Under the pieces are notes generated by a model. That model was given only the letters and a program-made list of their open reading frames with translations, was not told where the DNA came from and ran no database searches. From a bacterium (GTDB lineage: Bacteria > Bacteroidota > Bacteroidia > Bacteroidales > FEN-979), in the NCBI GenBank assembly GCA_037131065.1, contig JBAXRT010000002.1:1-56456 (forward strand): a stretch of 56,456 bases of DNA, read 5' to 3'. Positions 6,961 through 16,159 of the stretch are shown here, piece by piece (position 1 is the first letter of the stretch; the number at the start of each line of letters is the position of its first letter). Position numbers and translations under genes: made by a program.

Positions 6961-7966
6961 AGCACCGTTGCGACTGGGCCTGGCCGGCGGAGGAACAGAC
7001 GTTGCCCCCTATTCTGAGATTTACGGGGGAAATATCCTGAACGCCACAATCAGCATGTACGCCTGGGCAACCATCCAGCCCAGGAATGATGGACAGATCA
7101 TACTCAACTCACTCGACAGGAAAGAACAATACAGCTTTGCTGCATCGGACCATCTTCCCATCGACGGAAGACTGGATCTTCACAAAGGGATTTACAACAG
7201 GCTTGTCAGGGACTTTATCCATAAGTCTTTCTCGTTTGAACTATCAACTTATGTGGATGCCCCTCCGGGATCTGGCCTTGGGACTTCATCAACCCTGGTG
7301 GTCGCCATTCTCGGAGCCTTTTCCGAGTGGCTCAACCTGCCCCTCGGAGAATACGACCTGGCTCACCTTGCCTTTGAAATTGAAAGGATCGACCTGAAAA
7401 TGGCTGGAGGGAAGCAGGATCAGTATGCTGCTACCTTCGGAGGCGTCAATTTTATGGAGTTTTCAAAGGAGGATAAAGTCATCGTTAATCCGTTAAGGAT
7501 ACGTGAAAAATATCTGGATGAACTTTCACATAACCTGATTCTTTATCATACCGAAACAAGCCGTCTCTCCTCCGAGATCATTGAACAGCAAACACGGAAT
7601 GTGATCGCTGGGAATGAAAAATCCATCGAGGCAATGCATAAACTCAAGGAGCAGGCCGTAATGATGAAAGAGGCACTTCTGAGGGGCGAACTCGACAGGA
7701 TAGGAGAGATCCTCGATTTCGGTTGGAAAAATAAGAAGAACATGGCTGATGGGATCTCAAATAAATTGATCGATGATATTTATTCTACTGCCGTCGGGAA
7801 TGGAGCGACCGGGGGAAAGATATCGGGAGCCGGGGGAGGCGGATTCATCTTCTTCTACTGTCCGGGAAACACAAGATCGAAAGTCATAGAATCCCTGGGA
7901 AAATTTGGTGGCCAGGCAAAAAGATATGAGTTTACTTCAAAAGGTTTATCCACGTGGACGTTTTAG
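6944..7966 (+). CDS. hddA: GHMP-family sugar kinase, D-glycero-alpha-D-manno-heptose 7-phosphate kinase type
   Basis: It has MIIRSKAPLRLGLAGGGTDV at the N-terminus, the GHMP motif PPGSGLGTSSTLVVA, and GKISGAGGGGF. The start is placed at the ATG at 6944 and overlaps the upstream GT4 by 17 nt. Confidence 0.78.
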   Translation: MIIRSKAPLRLGLAGGGTDVAPYSEIYGGNILNATISMYAWATIQPRNDGQIILNSLDRKEQYSFAASDHLPIDGRLDLHKGIYNRLVRDFIHKSFSFELSTYVDAPPGSGLGTSSTLVVAILGAFSEWLNLPLGEYDLAHLAFEIERIDLKMAGGKQDQYAATFGGVNFMEFSKEDKVIVNPLRIREKYLDELSHNLILYHTETSRLSSEIIEQQTRNVIAGNEKSIEAMHKLKEQAVMMKEALLRGELDRIGEILDFGWKNKKNMADGISNKLIDDIYSTAVGNGATGGKISGAGGGGFIFFYCPGNTRSKVIESLGKFGGQAKRYEFTSKGLSTWTF

Positions 7967-8022
7967 AAAATTTGAAGATTTGAAGATTTGAAAATGACCT
8001 AATGACTTAATGACCAAATGAC
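7967..8022. repeat. Octamer tandem repeats: 3 x AARATTTG followed by 4 x NWAATGAC
   Basis: The sequence reads AAAATTTG AAGATTTG AAGATTTG AAAATGAC CTAATGAC TTAATGAC CAAATGAC. The array ends 15 nt before the nitroreductase ATG. Confidence 0.8.
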
Positions 8023-8037
8023 AAAAGACAAAATAAT

Positions 8038-8562
8038 ATGAGCACTTTCTACGATCTTGCCCAAAAGCGCTACTCTGTAAGAAAATACCTGGATAAACAG
8101 GTTGAGGAGGACAAACTGAAATACATCCTGGAGACAGGACGGATAGCTCCTTCAGCGGCAAATTTCCAGCCCTGGCATGTTATTGTTGTGAGGAGCAAAG
8201 AGACGATCAGGATGCTGGGCGAGGCATATCCGCGTCCCTGGTTTCTCCAGTCCCCGGTGGTGCTCGTTTTCTGCGGTGATCACAAGACAGGATGGAAGCG
8301 GGCCGACGGGAAAGATCACACCGATATTGATATCTCCATCATTGTTGATCATATGACCCTTGCCGCGGCAGAACAGGGACTTGGAACATGCTGGATCTGT
8401 AACTTTGACCTGGTAAAATGCCGCCAGGTACTGGAATTGCCAGTCAATATCGAACCGATCGTCATTCTTCCACTGGGTTATCCCGACGAAACAGGGGTTG
8501 ACCATTCAAGACACCTGGCAAGAAAAAACCTGGAAGATGTTGTTCATTGGGAAAAATTCTGA
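8038..8562 (+). CDS. Nitroreductase family flavoprotein
   Basis: 174 aa. It has RYSVRKYLDKQVEEDKL, APSAANFQPWH and GLGTCWI motifs typical of the NADH oxidase/nitroreductase fold. Confidence 0.8.
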   Translation: MSTFYDLAQKRYSVRKYLDKQVEEDKLKYILETGRIAPSAANFQPWHVIVVRSKETIRMLGEAYPRPWFLQSPVVLVFCGDHKTGWKRADGKDHTDIDISIIVDHMTLAAAEQGLGTCWICNFDLVKCRQVLELPVNIEPIVILPLGYPDETGVDHSRHLARKNLEDVVHWEKF

Positions 8563-8593
8563 ACCTGAACTGTTTATTTGAAAAAAATTCATT

Positions 8594-9172
8594 ATGCGCA
8601 TAAAAGAGGCCATCAAACAATCGATCGACGTAAAGAAGTACATCCTTTCAGATCAGGCGCTGATTCAGACAATCAGCGATGTTGCACAGCTCTGTACAGA
8701 GGCTTTCTGTATGGGCAACCGCGTGTTTTTTTGCGGTAATGGCGGGAGTGCGGCCGATGCTCAACACCTGGCAGCAGAGTTGTCGGGCAGGTTCTACTAT
8801 GACAGGCTTCCCTTGCCCGCCGAGGCATTGCATGTGAACACTTCATACCTGACTGCAGTTGCCAATGATTACTCTTTCGACGAGGTTTATGCTAGGCTGC
8901 TGAAGGGCTCGGCACAGGAAGGGGATGTCCTGATATGCCTCTCCACTTCTGGAAATTCGAAGAATGTCCTTAGAGCCCTTGGGGTCGCCCGGGAATTGGG
9001 GGTGATCACAGTCGGGATGACCGGTGAAACGGGAGGCGACATGCGTGAAATGTGTGACTTTCTTATCAACGTTCCATCAGCGGATACCCCGCGTATCCAG
9101 GAATCGCACATCATGATCGGACACATCATCTGTGAAATCGTAGAGTCCTCCCTCTTCCCAAAAGAAGATTAA
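8594..9172 (+). CDS. gmhA: D-sedoheptulose 7-phosphate isomerase (SIS domain)
   Basis: It has FFCGNGGSAADAQHLAAEL, LSTSGNSKNV and QESHIMIGH motifs. The length of 192 aa fits. Confidence 0.85.
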   Translation: MRIKEAIKQSIDVKKYILSDQALIQTISDVAQLCTEAFCMGNRVFFCGNGGSAADAQHLAAELSGRFYYDRLPLPAEALHVNTSYLTAVANDYSFDEVYARLLKGSAQEGDVLICLSTSGNSKNVLRALGVARELGVITVGMTGETGGDMREMCDFLINVPSADTPRIQESHIMIGHIICEIVESSLFPKED

Positions 9173-9175
9173 CCC

Positions 9176-9877
9176 TTGGAAGCGATCATCCTTGCCGGTG
9201 GTTTCGGGACCCGGCTCAAGTCAGTCGTCCGGGATGTTCCGAAATCCATGGCTTTAATTAACAACAGGCCTTTCCTTGAATATCAGCTAGATTACCTCAT
9301 CGGGCAGGGGATCGACAAAGTGATCCTCTCTGTTGGTTATAAGCGGGAGGTGATAATCAGTCATTTTAAAAACCGTTACAGATCCCTTGACATTGATTAT
9401 GCCGTGGAGGAAGAACCGCTGGGTACCGGTGGAGGAATCCGCCTCTCTTTCTTTAACATAAAATCGCCACGGGCGTTCGTTTTAAACGGCGACAGTATTT
9501 TCCGCATCGGCCTTTCTCCTCTCATGGAATTTCATAACCTGAAAAAAGCGGATATTTCCATCGCATTGAGAAAACTTCCGGATACCGGAAGGTTCGGGCG
9601 TGTCACCCTGAACAGGAATCGCCGAATCAGCGGTTTTACTGAAAAAGACCCGGCAGCAGGTAAAGGATTGATCAACAGCGGAGTTTACGTGGTGAATAAA
9701 CATTTCCTGATGGATCCGGACTTCAGGGGAGCCTTTTCCATCGAAAGGGATTGTTTCGAGCGTTACTATCAGTCTGCAAGATTTTTTGGCTATCCGTCCG
9801 AAGGATATTTCCTGGATATCGGTATCCCGGAGGATTATAACAAGGCAAAACATGATTTTGAAGGATTTGGAAATTGA
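9176..9877 (+). CDS. hddC: Sugar-1-phosphate nucleotidyltransferase, D-glycero-alpha-D-manno-heptose 1-phosphate guanylyltransferase type
   Basis: The N-terminus reads (TTG)EAIILAGGFGTRLKS, followed by EEPLGTGGGI. The apparent TTG start lies 3 nt after the gmhA stop. The call rests on genomic context with gmhA, hddA and gmhB. Confidence 0.72.
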   Translation: MEAIILAGGFGTRLKSVVRDVPKSMALINNRPFLEYQLDYLIGQGIDKVILSVGYKREVIISHFKNRYRSLDIDYAVEEEPLGTGGGIRLSFFNIKSPRAFVLNGDSIFRIGLSPLMEFHNLKKADISIALRKLPDTGRFGRVTLNRNRRISGFTEKDPAAGKGLINSGVYVVNKHFLMDPDFRGAFSIERDCFERYYQSARFFGYPSEGYFLDIGIPEDYNKAKHDFEGFGN

Positions 9878-10406
9878 CAAAGCGTGGACATTGTTCCTTG
9901 ACCGGGATGGCGTAATAAATAAACGGCTCATAGGGGATTATATCAAAACCTGGGATCAGTTTGAGTTCATTCCCGGGGTTCCTGAGGCAATGAAAATTTT
10001 CGGATCGCTTTTTGGCAAGATCATCGTCGTTACCAATCAGCAGGGAGTCGGTAAAAATATGATGACTGAGGAAGATTTGCTTGCCATTCATGCGAAGATG
10101 AATGAAGCGATTACAGATGCCGGCGGAAGAGTGGATAAAGTCTATTTCAGCCCTCATCTTGAAAACGAGGGATCGTTCCTGAGAAAGCCGGGGATAGGCA
10201 TGGCACTGAAGGCCAGGCGTGATTTTCCCGGTATCATATTGAAAAAATCGGTCATGGTAGGAGATTCAAAATCGGATATGATCTTCGGACACAGGTGTAA
10301 CATGAAAACGGTTTTTATTGCCGGGGATAAAATGGTGCTCAGGCAAAACCATAAGATCATCGACTTTTCTTTTCCAAACCTCCTTTCATTCGCCCAGACT
10401 TTATGA
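9852..10406 (+). CDS. gmhB: D-glycero-D-manno-heptose 1,7-bisphosphate phosphatase (HAD-IIIA)
   Basis: It has LFLDRDGVIN (DxD nucleophile motif), VVTNQQGV, RKPGIGM and VGDSKSDM motifs. The start is placed at the ATG at 9852 and overlaps hddC by 26 nt. Confidence 0.8.
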   Translation: MILKDLEIDKAWTLFLDRDGVINKRLIGDYIKTWDQFEFIPGVPEAMKIFGSLFGKIIVVTNQQGVGKNMMTEEDLLAIHAKMNEAITDAGGRVDKVYFSPHLENEGSFLRKPGIGMALKARRDFPGIILKKSVMVGDSKSDMIFGHRCNMKTVFIAGDKMVLRQNHKIIDFSFPNLLSFAQTL

Positions 10407-11854
10407 GTCCATCCCTGATTTTTATCTGTTTCCTGCTTTACACCCTGCTGTTATTTCTTATCACCTGGATTACTGCCAGGAGAGCCACCAACAGGGCTTT
10501 TTTCATCGGGAATAAAAATTCCCCCTGGTACGTGGTCGCCTACGGCATGATCGGCGCATCACTTTCGGGGGTAACTTTTATGTCGGTTCCAGGATGGGTC
10601 GGAGCCACCCAGTTCTCATACATGATGGTTGTTGTGGGATACCTTTTCGGATATTTTGTCATTGCCACGGTTCTGATGCCCATGTACTACAAACTGAACC
10701 TGACCTCCATATACTCCTACCTTGAAACACGGTTCGGGTTCTGGTCTTATAAAACAGGATCTTTCTATTTCTTATTATCCCGAACGATCGGGGCCTCGTT
10801 CAGAATGTTCCTGGTAGTAAATGTGCTCCAGGTCTTTGTCTTCGATGCCTGGCATATTCCTTTTTCTGTTACCGTCATGATCTTTATTTTACTGATACTT
10901 CTCTATACGTTCAAGGGAGGGATCAAGACCATCATCTGGACCGACACGGTGCAGACCACCTTCATGCTTGCCTCCCTGATCCTCTCCATTATCCTGATCA
11001 TCCGCGTCATGGGAACTGACTTTGGAAGTATGTTCACCCAGGTTATCGAGGGACCATTTTCAAAAATGGTCTTTACCGAGTGGACCGACAAGAGGTTTAT
11101 CCTCAAGCAACTGCTGAGCGGCGCTTTCATTGCCATTGTAATGACAGGTCTTGACCAGGAAATGATGCAGAAGAACCTGAGTTGCAGGTCGCTCAGGGAT
11201 GCACAGAAAAATATGTTTTCATTCAGTATTTCACTGGTCTTCGCCAATTTTCTGTTTCTGTTTCTCGGTGCGATCTTGTATATTTATGTCAATAACCAGG
11301 GTATCCCGGTTCCCGGACGATCGGATGATCTTTTCCCGATGGTTGCCATCAATTATCTGAGCCCGGTTGCCGGCATTGTTTTTCTGATTGGACTGATCTC
11401 GGCAGCCTACCCGAGTGCCGACGGAGCACTCACCTCCCTGACAACCGCATTCTCCATCGATTTTCTGGGGATTAACAAAAGGCAGGACCTGACGGAGAAA
11501 CAGAAGGAGAGGATACGGTATCTGGTTCATTTTTCTTTCGCGGTTATCCTCCTGCTGGTGATCATCGTCTTTAGAACGATCAACGACAGGGCGGTAATCG
11601 ACAAACTCTTTACCGTCGCAGGTTATACCTATGGGCCTTTACTGGGTCTCTTCAGCTTCGGACTCTTTACTCGGTTTAAAGTCAGGGATAAGGCTGTCCC
11701 CTGGATTGCCCTGGTTTCACCAGTGATCTGCTATTTTCTGAGTGACTTCTCAGTTGTTTTGTTTAATGGTTATAAATTTGGTTTTGAACTGCTGATTGTA
11801 AACGGATTGATTACATTTGCAGGTCTGCTGATCTTCAGGAATCCGAAGCCGTAA
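10403..11854 (+). CDS. Sodium:solute symporter family (SSF) transporter
   Basis: 483 aa with about 13 TM helices and SSF-like motifs (WYVVAYGMIGASLSGVTFMSVPG, GGIKTIIWTD). An ATGA overlap with the gmhB stop suggests translational coupling. Confidence 0.8.
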   Translation: MSPSLIFICFLLYTLLLFLITWITARRATNRAFFIGNKNSPWYVVAYGMIGASLSGVTFMSVPGWVGATQFSYMMVVVGYLFGYFVIATVLMPMYYKLNLTSIYSYLETRFGFWSYKTGSFYFLLSRTIGASFRMFLVVNVLQVFVFDAWHIPFSVTVMIFILLILLYTFKGGIKTIIWTDTVQTTFMLASLILSIILIIRVMGTDFGSMFTQVIEGPFSKMVFTEWTDKRFILKQLLSGAFIAIVMTGLDQEMMQKNLSCRSLRDAQKNMFSFSISLVFANFLFLFLGAILYIYVNNQGIPVPGRSDDLFPMVAINYLSPVAGIVFLIGLISAAYPSADGALTSLTTAFSIDFLGINKRQDLTEKQKERIRYLVHFSFAVILLLVIIVFRTINDRAVIDKLFTVAGYTYGPLLGLFSFGLFTRFKVRDKAVPWIALVSPVICYFLSDFSVVLFNGYKFGFELLIVNGLITFAGLLIFRNPKP

Positions 11855-11911
11855 ACATGTTTTGCCGGCCGGTCCATGAGATAAGGAATTAATACAAAAA
11901 GAACAAAGGAA

Positions 11912-14101
11912 ATGGATAATCTACGGTTTAAGGCTCTTGAGATTGCCATGCTGAGGCAACGGAAAGCCGTTCAGTTTCCAGACACTAAAGCTTCCGAATA
12001 CTTTGGCGAATTGACATTCAACAAAGTAGCCATGAGAGAATACCTCACGGAAGAGGCGTACCAGCAGGTTATGAATTCCATTGAAAAGGGTGAGAAAATT
12101 GACCGGAAGATCGCTGACCAGGTTGCTGCAGGCATCAAGGCATGGGCAATCAGCCGGGGTGCCACCCATTATACCCACTGGTTCCTTCCGCTCACCGGAG
12201 CTACAGCTGAAAAGCATGATGCATTTGTGGACCCGATCGAAGGAGGGAAGGGGATTGAAAAATTCAGGGGGATTGAACTCTCCCAGCAGGAGCCGGATGC
12301 ATCGAGTTTCCCAAGCGGAGGCATCAGGAGTACCTTTGAGGCAAGAGGATATACAGCATGGGATCCTACGTCGCCGGCGTTTATCATGGACAGGACACTG
12401 TGTATTCCATCTGTTTTTGTTTCTTACACCGGGGAGGCTCTTGATTTTAAAACACCCCTGCTTAAAGCATTGTATGCCATAGATAAAGCCGCAGTAGATG
12501 TCTGCCAGTATTTTGATAAGGACATATCGAAAGTCTTTGCCACGCTCGGATGGGAGCAGGAGTACTTCCTGGTCGACGCTGCCCTTTGCCAGGCCAGACC
12601 CGACCTGGTCCTTACGGGGAGGACACTCTTCGGTCATTCGTCTGCCAAGGATCAGCAGCTGGAAGATCACTATTTTGGTACGATACCTCAGCGTGTCATG
12701 GGTTTTATGCAGGAATTCGAGCTGGAGGCACACCGCCTGGGAATCCCGGTCAAGACCCGTCACAATGAAGTCGCCCCCAACCAGTTTGAATGTGCCCCTG
12801 TATTCGAGGAGGCCAACCTCTCCATCGATCATAACCAGCTGCTTATGCACATCCTTGATAAGGTCGCCAAACGTCACGATTTCTCCTTACTTCTTCATGA
12901 GAAGCCTTACAGCGGTGTGAATGGTTCAGGCAAACATAACAACTGGTCGCTGGCCACAAATACAAAGGAAAACTTGCTCTCACCGGGAAAAACCCCGGCA
13001 TCAAACCTGAGGTTCCTGACCTTCCTTGTAAACATCATCAAGGCGGTTCACAACAATGCCGACCTTATCAGGGCAATCATAGCCTCCCCGGGGAACGATC
13101 ATCGCCTTGGTGCGAACGAAGCGCCACCGGCCATCATCTCCGTCTTCATCGGTACTCAGCTGACGAAAATGCTTGATACCATTGAAAAAGCAGGTAAAAG
13201 CATAAAGATCAGCACCGATAACAATACCGGCCTTCTCAAGGATTTTCCGAAGATACCGGAGATCCTGCTTGATAATACCGACCGTAACCGTACTTCGCCT
13301 TTCGCTTTTACCGGGAACAAATTTGAATTCAGGGCCGTCGGATCCTCGCAGTCCTGCGCTCCACCGATGACGGTGCTTAATATGATCGTTGCAGACCAGC
13401 TGGTTAATTTCAAGATGGATGTCGACCATCTGATCGCCAGGAAGGTGAGGAAGGAGAATGCCATCGTTCAGGTTCTCCAGCAATACATCAGGGAATCCAA
13501 AAAAATCCGTTTCGAAGGAAACAATTACAGCCATGAATGGCTGAAGGAAGCAGGCAAACGCGGATTGTCGAACCTTGCAACAACACCGGATGCATTAAAG
13601 GCTATGCTGAATAAAGAATCGGTAGATATTTTCAAAAGAACCCGTGTACTGACTGAACGGGAAGTCAAGGCAAGGCATGAGATCAGGCTTGAGAATTATA
13701 CCAAGAAGATACAGATTGAATCCAGGATCCTGGGCGATCTCGCCGGGAACCATATCATCCCGATTGCCATCAAATACCAGAATACACTGATAGAGAATGT
13801 GAAGGGACTGAAGCAGGTCCTTGACCTGAAGACATATGGCAAGCTGTCGCAGAACCAGATGGAGATGATAACCGAGATCTCGGAACATGTTGACAAGATC
13901 AAGACATTCATCAATGAGATGACGGATGCGAGAAAAGCCGCCAACCGCATCCATGAACCGGAAGAAAAGGCGCAGGCCTATTGCAGGAACGTCCTTCCTT
14001 ACTTCGACAAGATCAGGTATCATTCCGACAAGCTTGAACTCCTGGTTGATGATGAACTCTGGCCCCTCCCGAAGTACAGGGAACTTCTGTTTATGAAATA
14101 G
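11912..14101 (+). CDS. glnN: Glutamine synthetase type III
   Basis: 729 aa, the GSIII size class found in Bacteroides. Motifs present are ATHYTHWFLPLTG, GWEQEYFL, HNEVAPNQFE and NGSGKHNNWS. Confidence 0.9.
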   Translation: MDNLRFKALEIAMLRQRKAVQFPDTKASEYFGELTFNKVAMREYLTEEAYQQVMNSIEKGEKIDRKIADQVAAGIKAWAISRGATHYTHWFLPLTGATAEKHDAFVDPIEGGKGIEKFRGIELSQQEPDASSFPSGGIRSTFEARGYTAWDPTSPAFIMDRTLCIPSVFVSYTGEALDFKTPLLKALYAIDKAAVDVCQYFDKDISKVFATLGWEQEYFLVDAALCQARPDLVLTGRTLFGHSSAKDQQLEDHYFGTIPQRVMGFMQEFELEAHRLGIPVKTRHNEVAPNQFECAPVFEEANLSIDHNQLLMHILDKVAKRHDFSLLLHEKPYSGVNGSGKHNNWSLATNTKENLLSPGKTPASNLRFLTFLVNIIKAVHNNADLIRAIIASPGNDHRLGANEAPPAIISVFIGTQLTKMLDTIEKAGKSIKISTDNNTGLLKDFPKIPEILLDNTDRNRTSPFAFTGNKFEFRAVGSSQSCAPPMTVLNMIVADQLVNFKMDVDHLIARKVRKENAIVQVLQQYIRESKKIRFEGNNYSHEWLKEAGKRGLSNLATTPDALKAMLNKESVDIFKRTRVLTEREVKARHEIRLENYTKKIQIESRILGDLAGNHIIPIAIKYQNTLIENVKGLKQVLDLKTYGKLSQNQMEMITEISEHVDKIKTFINEMTDARKAANRIHEPEEKAQAYCRNVLPYFDKIRYHSDKLELLVDDELWPLPKYRELLFMK

Positions 14102-14126
14102 TGATCAAACCGTAAAACGACTTTAT

Positions 14127-15305
14127 ATGAAAAAACATTTTTTTGCACTTTCATCTGTTTTGTTCTTTTTTTCGATAGCTGCAAGTGCCCAGATTAATGT
14201 CTTTCGTGTAGATAATAATGCAATGCCCCAGACCGGCGAAGGCTGTTTCTACTCACTGCCCAGGACCGTTGTGAAAATTGAGGTCCGGGTCGACCGGATT
14301 GAGAACTACAAGGGACCCTATGCAGATTATGCACTCAGGTATCTCGGGCTGAAGAATGTGGTGCTATCGAACTCGGTGGAATACAAGGTCAGCAATATTT
14401 CCATCACGACCTACCCGGAGCCGGACCCGGACCAATACTATTTTATTGAATTAGGGGAGAAGATCTCCAAAGGAGAGAAGGCTGCGATACTCTCACTTAA
14501 TAGCGCAGGACTTATCCAGGGTACTATCCCCGATGCTACTGACAGCGTCGGAAAGGTATCCTCTGTTACCAGGCATGGTGATCAGCAGACGGAATCCACG
14601 GATGCCTTCGGCGAGTTGTTTAAGTATTCAGCCGATGTCAGTGTATTCGAAAAGGTTGATACTATTATCAAAAAGATCAATATTGATACGATGACCCTCG
14701 AGCGGCAATATCTGAAGAGGACCATGGTTGAGAAGTCGCCGGAACAGAAGGCCAAAGAGGCCGCCGATTTTATTTCCAAGATCAAGGACAGCCGCTTCAA
14801 TCTTCTCATCGGTTACCAGGAGGTGAACTACAACAAGGAGACCCTTGAGTACATGGATGCACAGCTAAAGCAGATGGAGAAAGAGTATCTGAAGCTCTTT
14901 ACAGGGATTTCGCTCCACAAGACTCTTACCTTCAGTTTTAAATACATTCCCATTCCGAACCAGATCAATACCGAGATCCCCGTTTTTAAGTTCCTTAAAA
15001 CCAAGGGTGTAATTGATCTTGACGAACTGGGTGGCAAGGTGATCACCATCAAGGTTCAACGGGTCGGAAACACGACCATGGTGGCAAGTTATCTGAAACG
15101 GGCCGAGAAAGAGACCAAGTTACATGGGTTTTATTACCGGATCCCAGAACTTGCCAGGGTAACTGTAAAACTGGATGAATTTACCCAGGAAGAGACTCAG
15201 TGTCTGATTGACCAGCTGGGACTGGTGACCTTCCTGCCGGCCAACAAATGGAAAGTACGGTTCCATGAGGAGACGGGAGGAATCAAAGGACTTCAGATAG
15301 ATTAG
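14127..15305 (+). CDS. Secreted hypothetical protein (possibly the DUF4831 family of Bacteroidota)
   Basis: It has an N-terminal signal peptide (MKKHFFALSSVLFFFSIAASAQ). I see no catalytic motifs. The family assignment is from memory only. Confidence 0.55.
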   Translation: MKKHFFALSSVLFFFSIAASAQINVFRVDNNAMPQTGEGCFYSLPRTVVKIEVRVDRIENYKGPYADYALRYLGLKNVVLSNSVEYKVSNISITTYPEPDPDQYYFIELGEKISKGEKAAILSLNSAGLIQGTIPDATDSVGKVSSVTRHGDQQTESTDAFGELFKYSADVSVFEKVDTIIKKINIDTMTLERQYLKRTMVEKSPEQKAKEAADFISKIKDSRFNLLIGYQEVNYNKETLEYMDAQLKQMEKEYLKLFTGISLHKTLTFSFKYIPIPNQINTEIPVFKFLKTKGVIDLDELGGKVITIKVQRVGNTTMVASYLKRAEKETKLHGFYYRIPELARVTVKLDEFTQEETQCLIDQLGLVTFLPANKWKVRFHEETGGIKGLQID

Positions 15306-15306
15306 A

Positions 15307-16116
15307 TCAGAGCGCCTTCCTGATCTTTGCCAGTTTTTTAAGGAGATTTTCCAGGAGATCAAGTTTAAGCATGTTGGCTCCATCGGATTTTGCATTGGCA
15401 GGATCGGGATGGGTCTCGACGAAAATCCCGTCTGCCCCGACGGCGATGGCTGCGCGGGCTATGGTTTCGATCAGGTCGGGCCTGCCGCCTGTAACACCGC
15501 TCTGCTGGTTTGGCTGCTGCAGGGAGTGGGTGATATCTACAACCACTGGCAGTTTGAGTCTCTGCATAACCGGGATTCCCCTGAAATCAACGACAAGGTC
15601 ATTGTAACCGAAGGTTGTACCTCGTTCGGTCAGGATGACCTGGCGATTACCGGCTTCATAAATTTTCTCCACTGCAAAGTGCATGGATTCGGGCCCTGAG
15701 AATTGCCCCTTCTTGATATTAACATATCTGCCGGTACTGGCCGCTGCCAGAAGCAGTTCGGTCTGGCGTGAAAGGAATGCAGGGATCTGGAGTACATCCA
15801 CAAATTTGGCTGCAAAAATCGCCTCCTCCGAAGTATGTACATCAGTAAGGGTTGGGATCTTCAGCTTTTGTCCCACCTGGGCTATGACCGACAATGCTTT
15901 CGCATCGCCGATCCCACTGAATGAATCAACTTTTGAGCGATTGGCTTTTTTATAGGACGCTTTGAAAATAAAGGGGATCTCATACTTATAGGCGATGCGG
16001 GAAATGGCTCCGGCAATTTCAAAAGGCATCCGGTCATCTTCAACAACACAAGGACCGGCGATCAGGAAAAAATTTCCGGAATCCCGGTACGAAAGGTTCT
16101 TTAAATCAGGTATCAT
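15307..16116 (-). CDS. kdsA: 3-deoxy-8-phosphooctulonate (KDO-8-P) synthase
   Basis: It has FLIAGPCVVE, FKASYKKANRS, DVLQIPAFL, KKGQF and VVDITHSLQ motifs. Confidence 0.9.
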   Translation of the reverse strand: MIPDLKNLSYRDSGNFFLIAGPCVVEDDRMPFEIAGAISRIAYKYEIPFIFKASYKKANRSKVDSFSGIGDAKALSVIAQVGQKLKIPTLTDVHTSEEAIFAAKFVDVLQIPAFLSRQTELLLAAASTGRYVNIKKGQFSGPESMHFAVEKIYEAGNRQVILTERGTTFGYNDLVVDFRGIPVMQRLKLPVVVDITHSLQQPNQQSGVTGGRPDLIETIARAAIAVGADGIFVETHPDPANAKSDGANMLKLDLLENLLKKLAKIRKAL

Positions 16117-16159
16117 AAAATCTGTAGTTTCTCTACTTCACTATTTACAATTTCGCTAT

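Noticed and set aside
7946-7954. The best DnaA-box match in the window (TTATCCACG, 8/9) lies inside the 3' end of hddA.
   Set aside because: It is an isolated site within coding sequence, 39 kb from dnaA, and is most likely a chance match.
7967-8022. Short tandem repeats (7967-8022, 2870-2897, 26051-85, 30435-62) considered as possible CRISPR arrays.
   Set aside because: The units are 7-8 bp with no spacers and the arrays are under 60 bp. No cas genes are present. These are not CRISPR.
11921-12877. A 318-aa ORF on the minus strand, fully nested antisense to glnN, plus further nested ORFs at 12081-12482, 12498-12920 and 13001-13534.
   Set aside because: These are shadow ORFs opposite a strongly conserved GSIII gene. 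Their Arg/Pro/Cys/Gly-rich, low-complexity composition shows no recognisable motifs and they have no promoter box. They are typical artefacts of codon-biased long genes.
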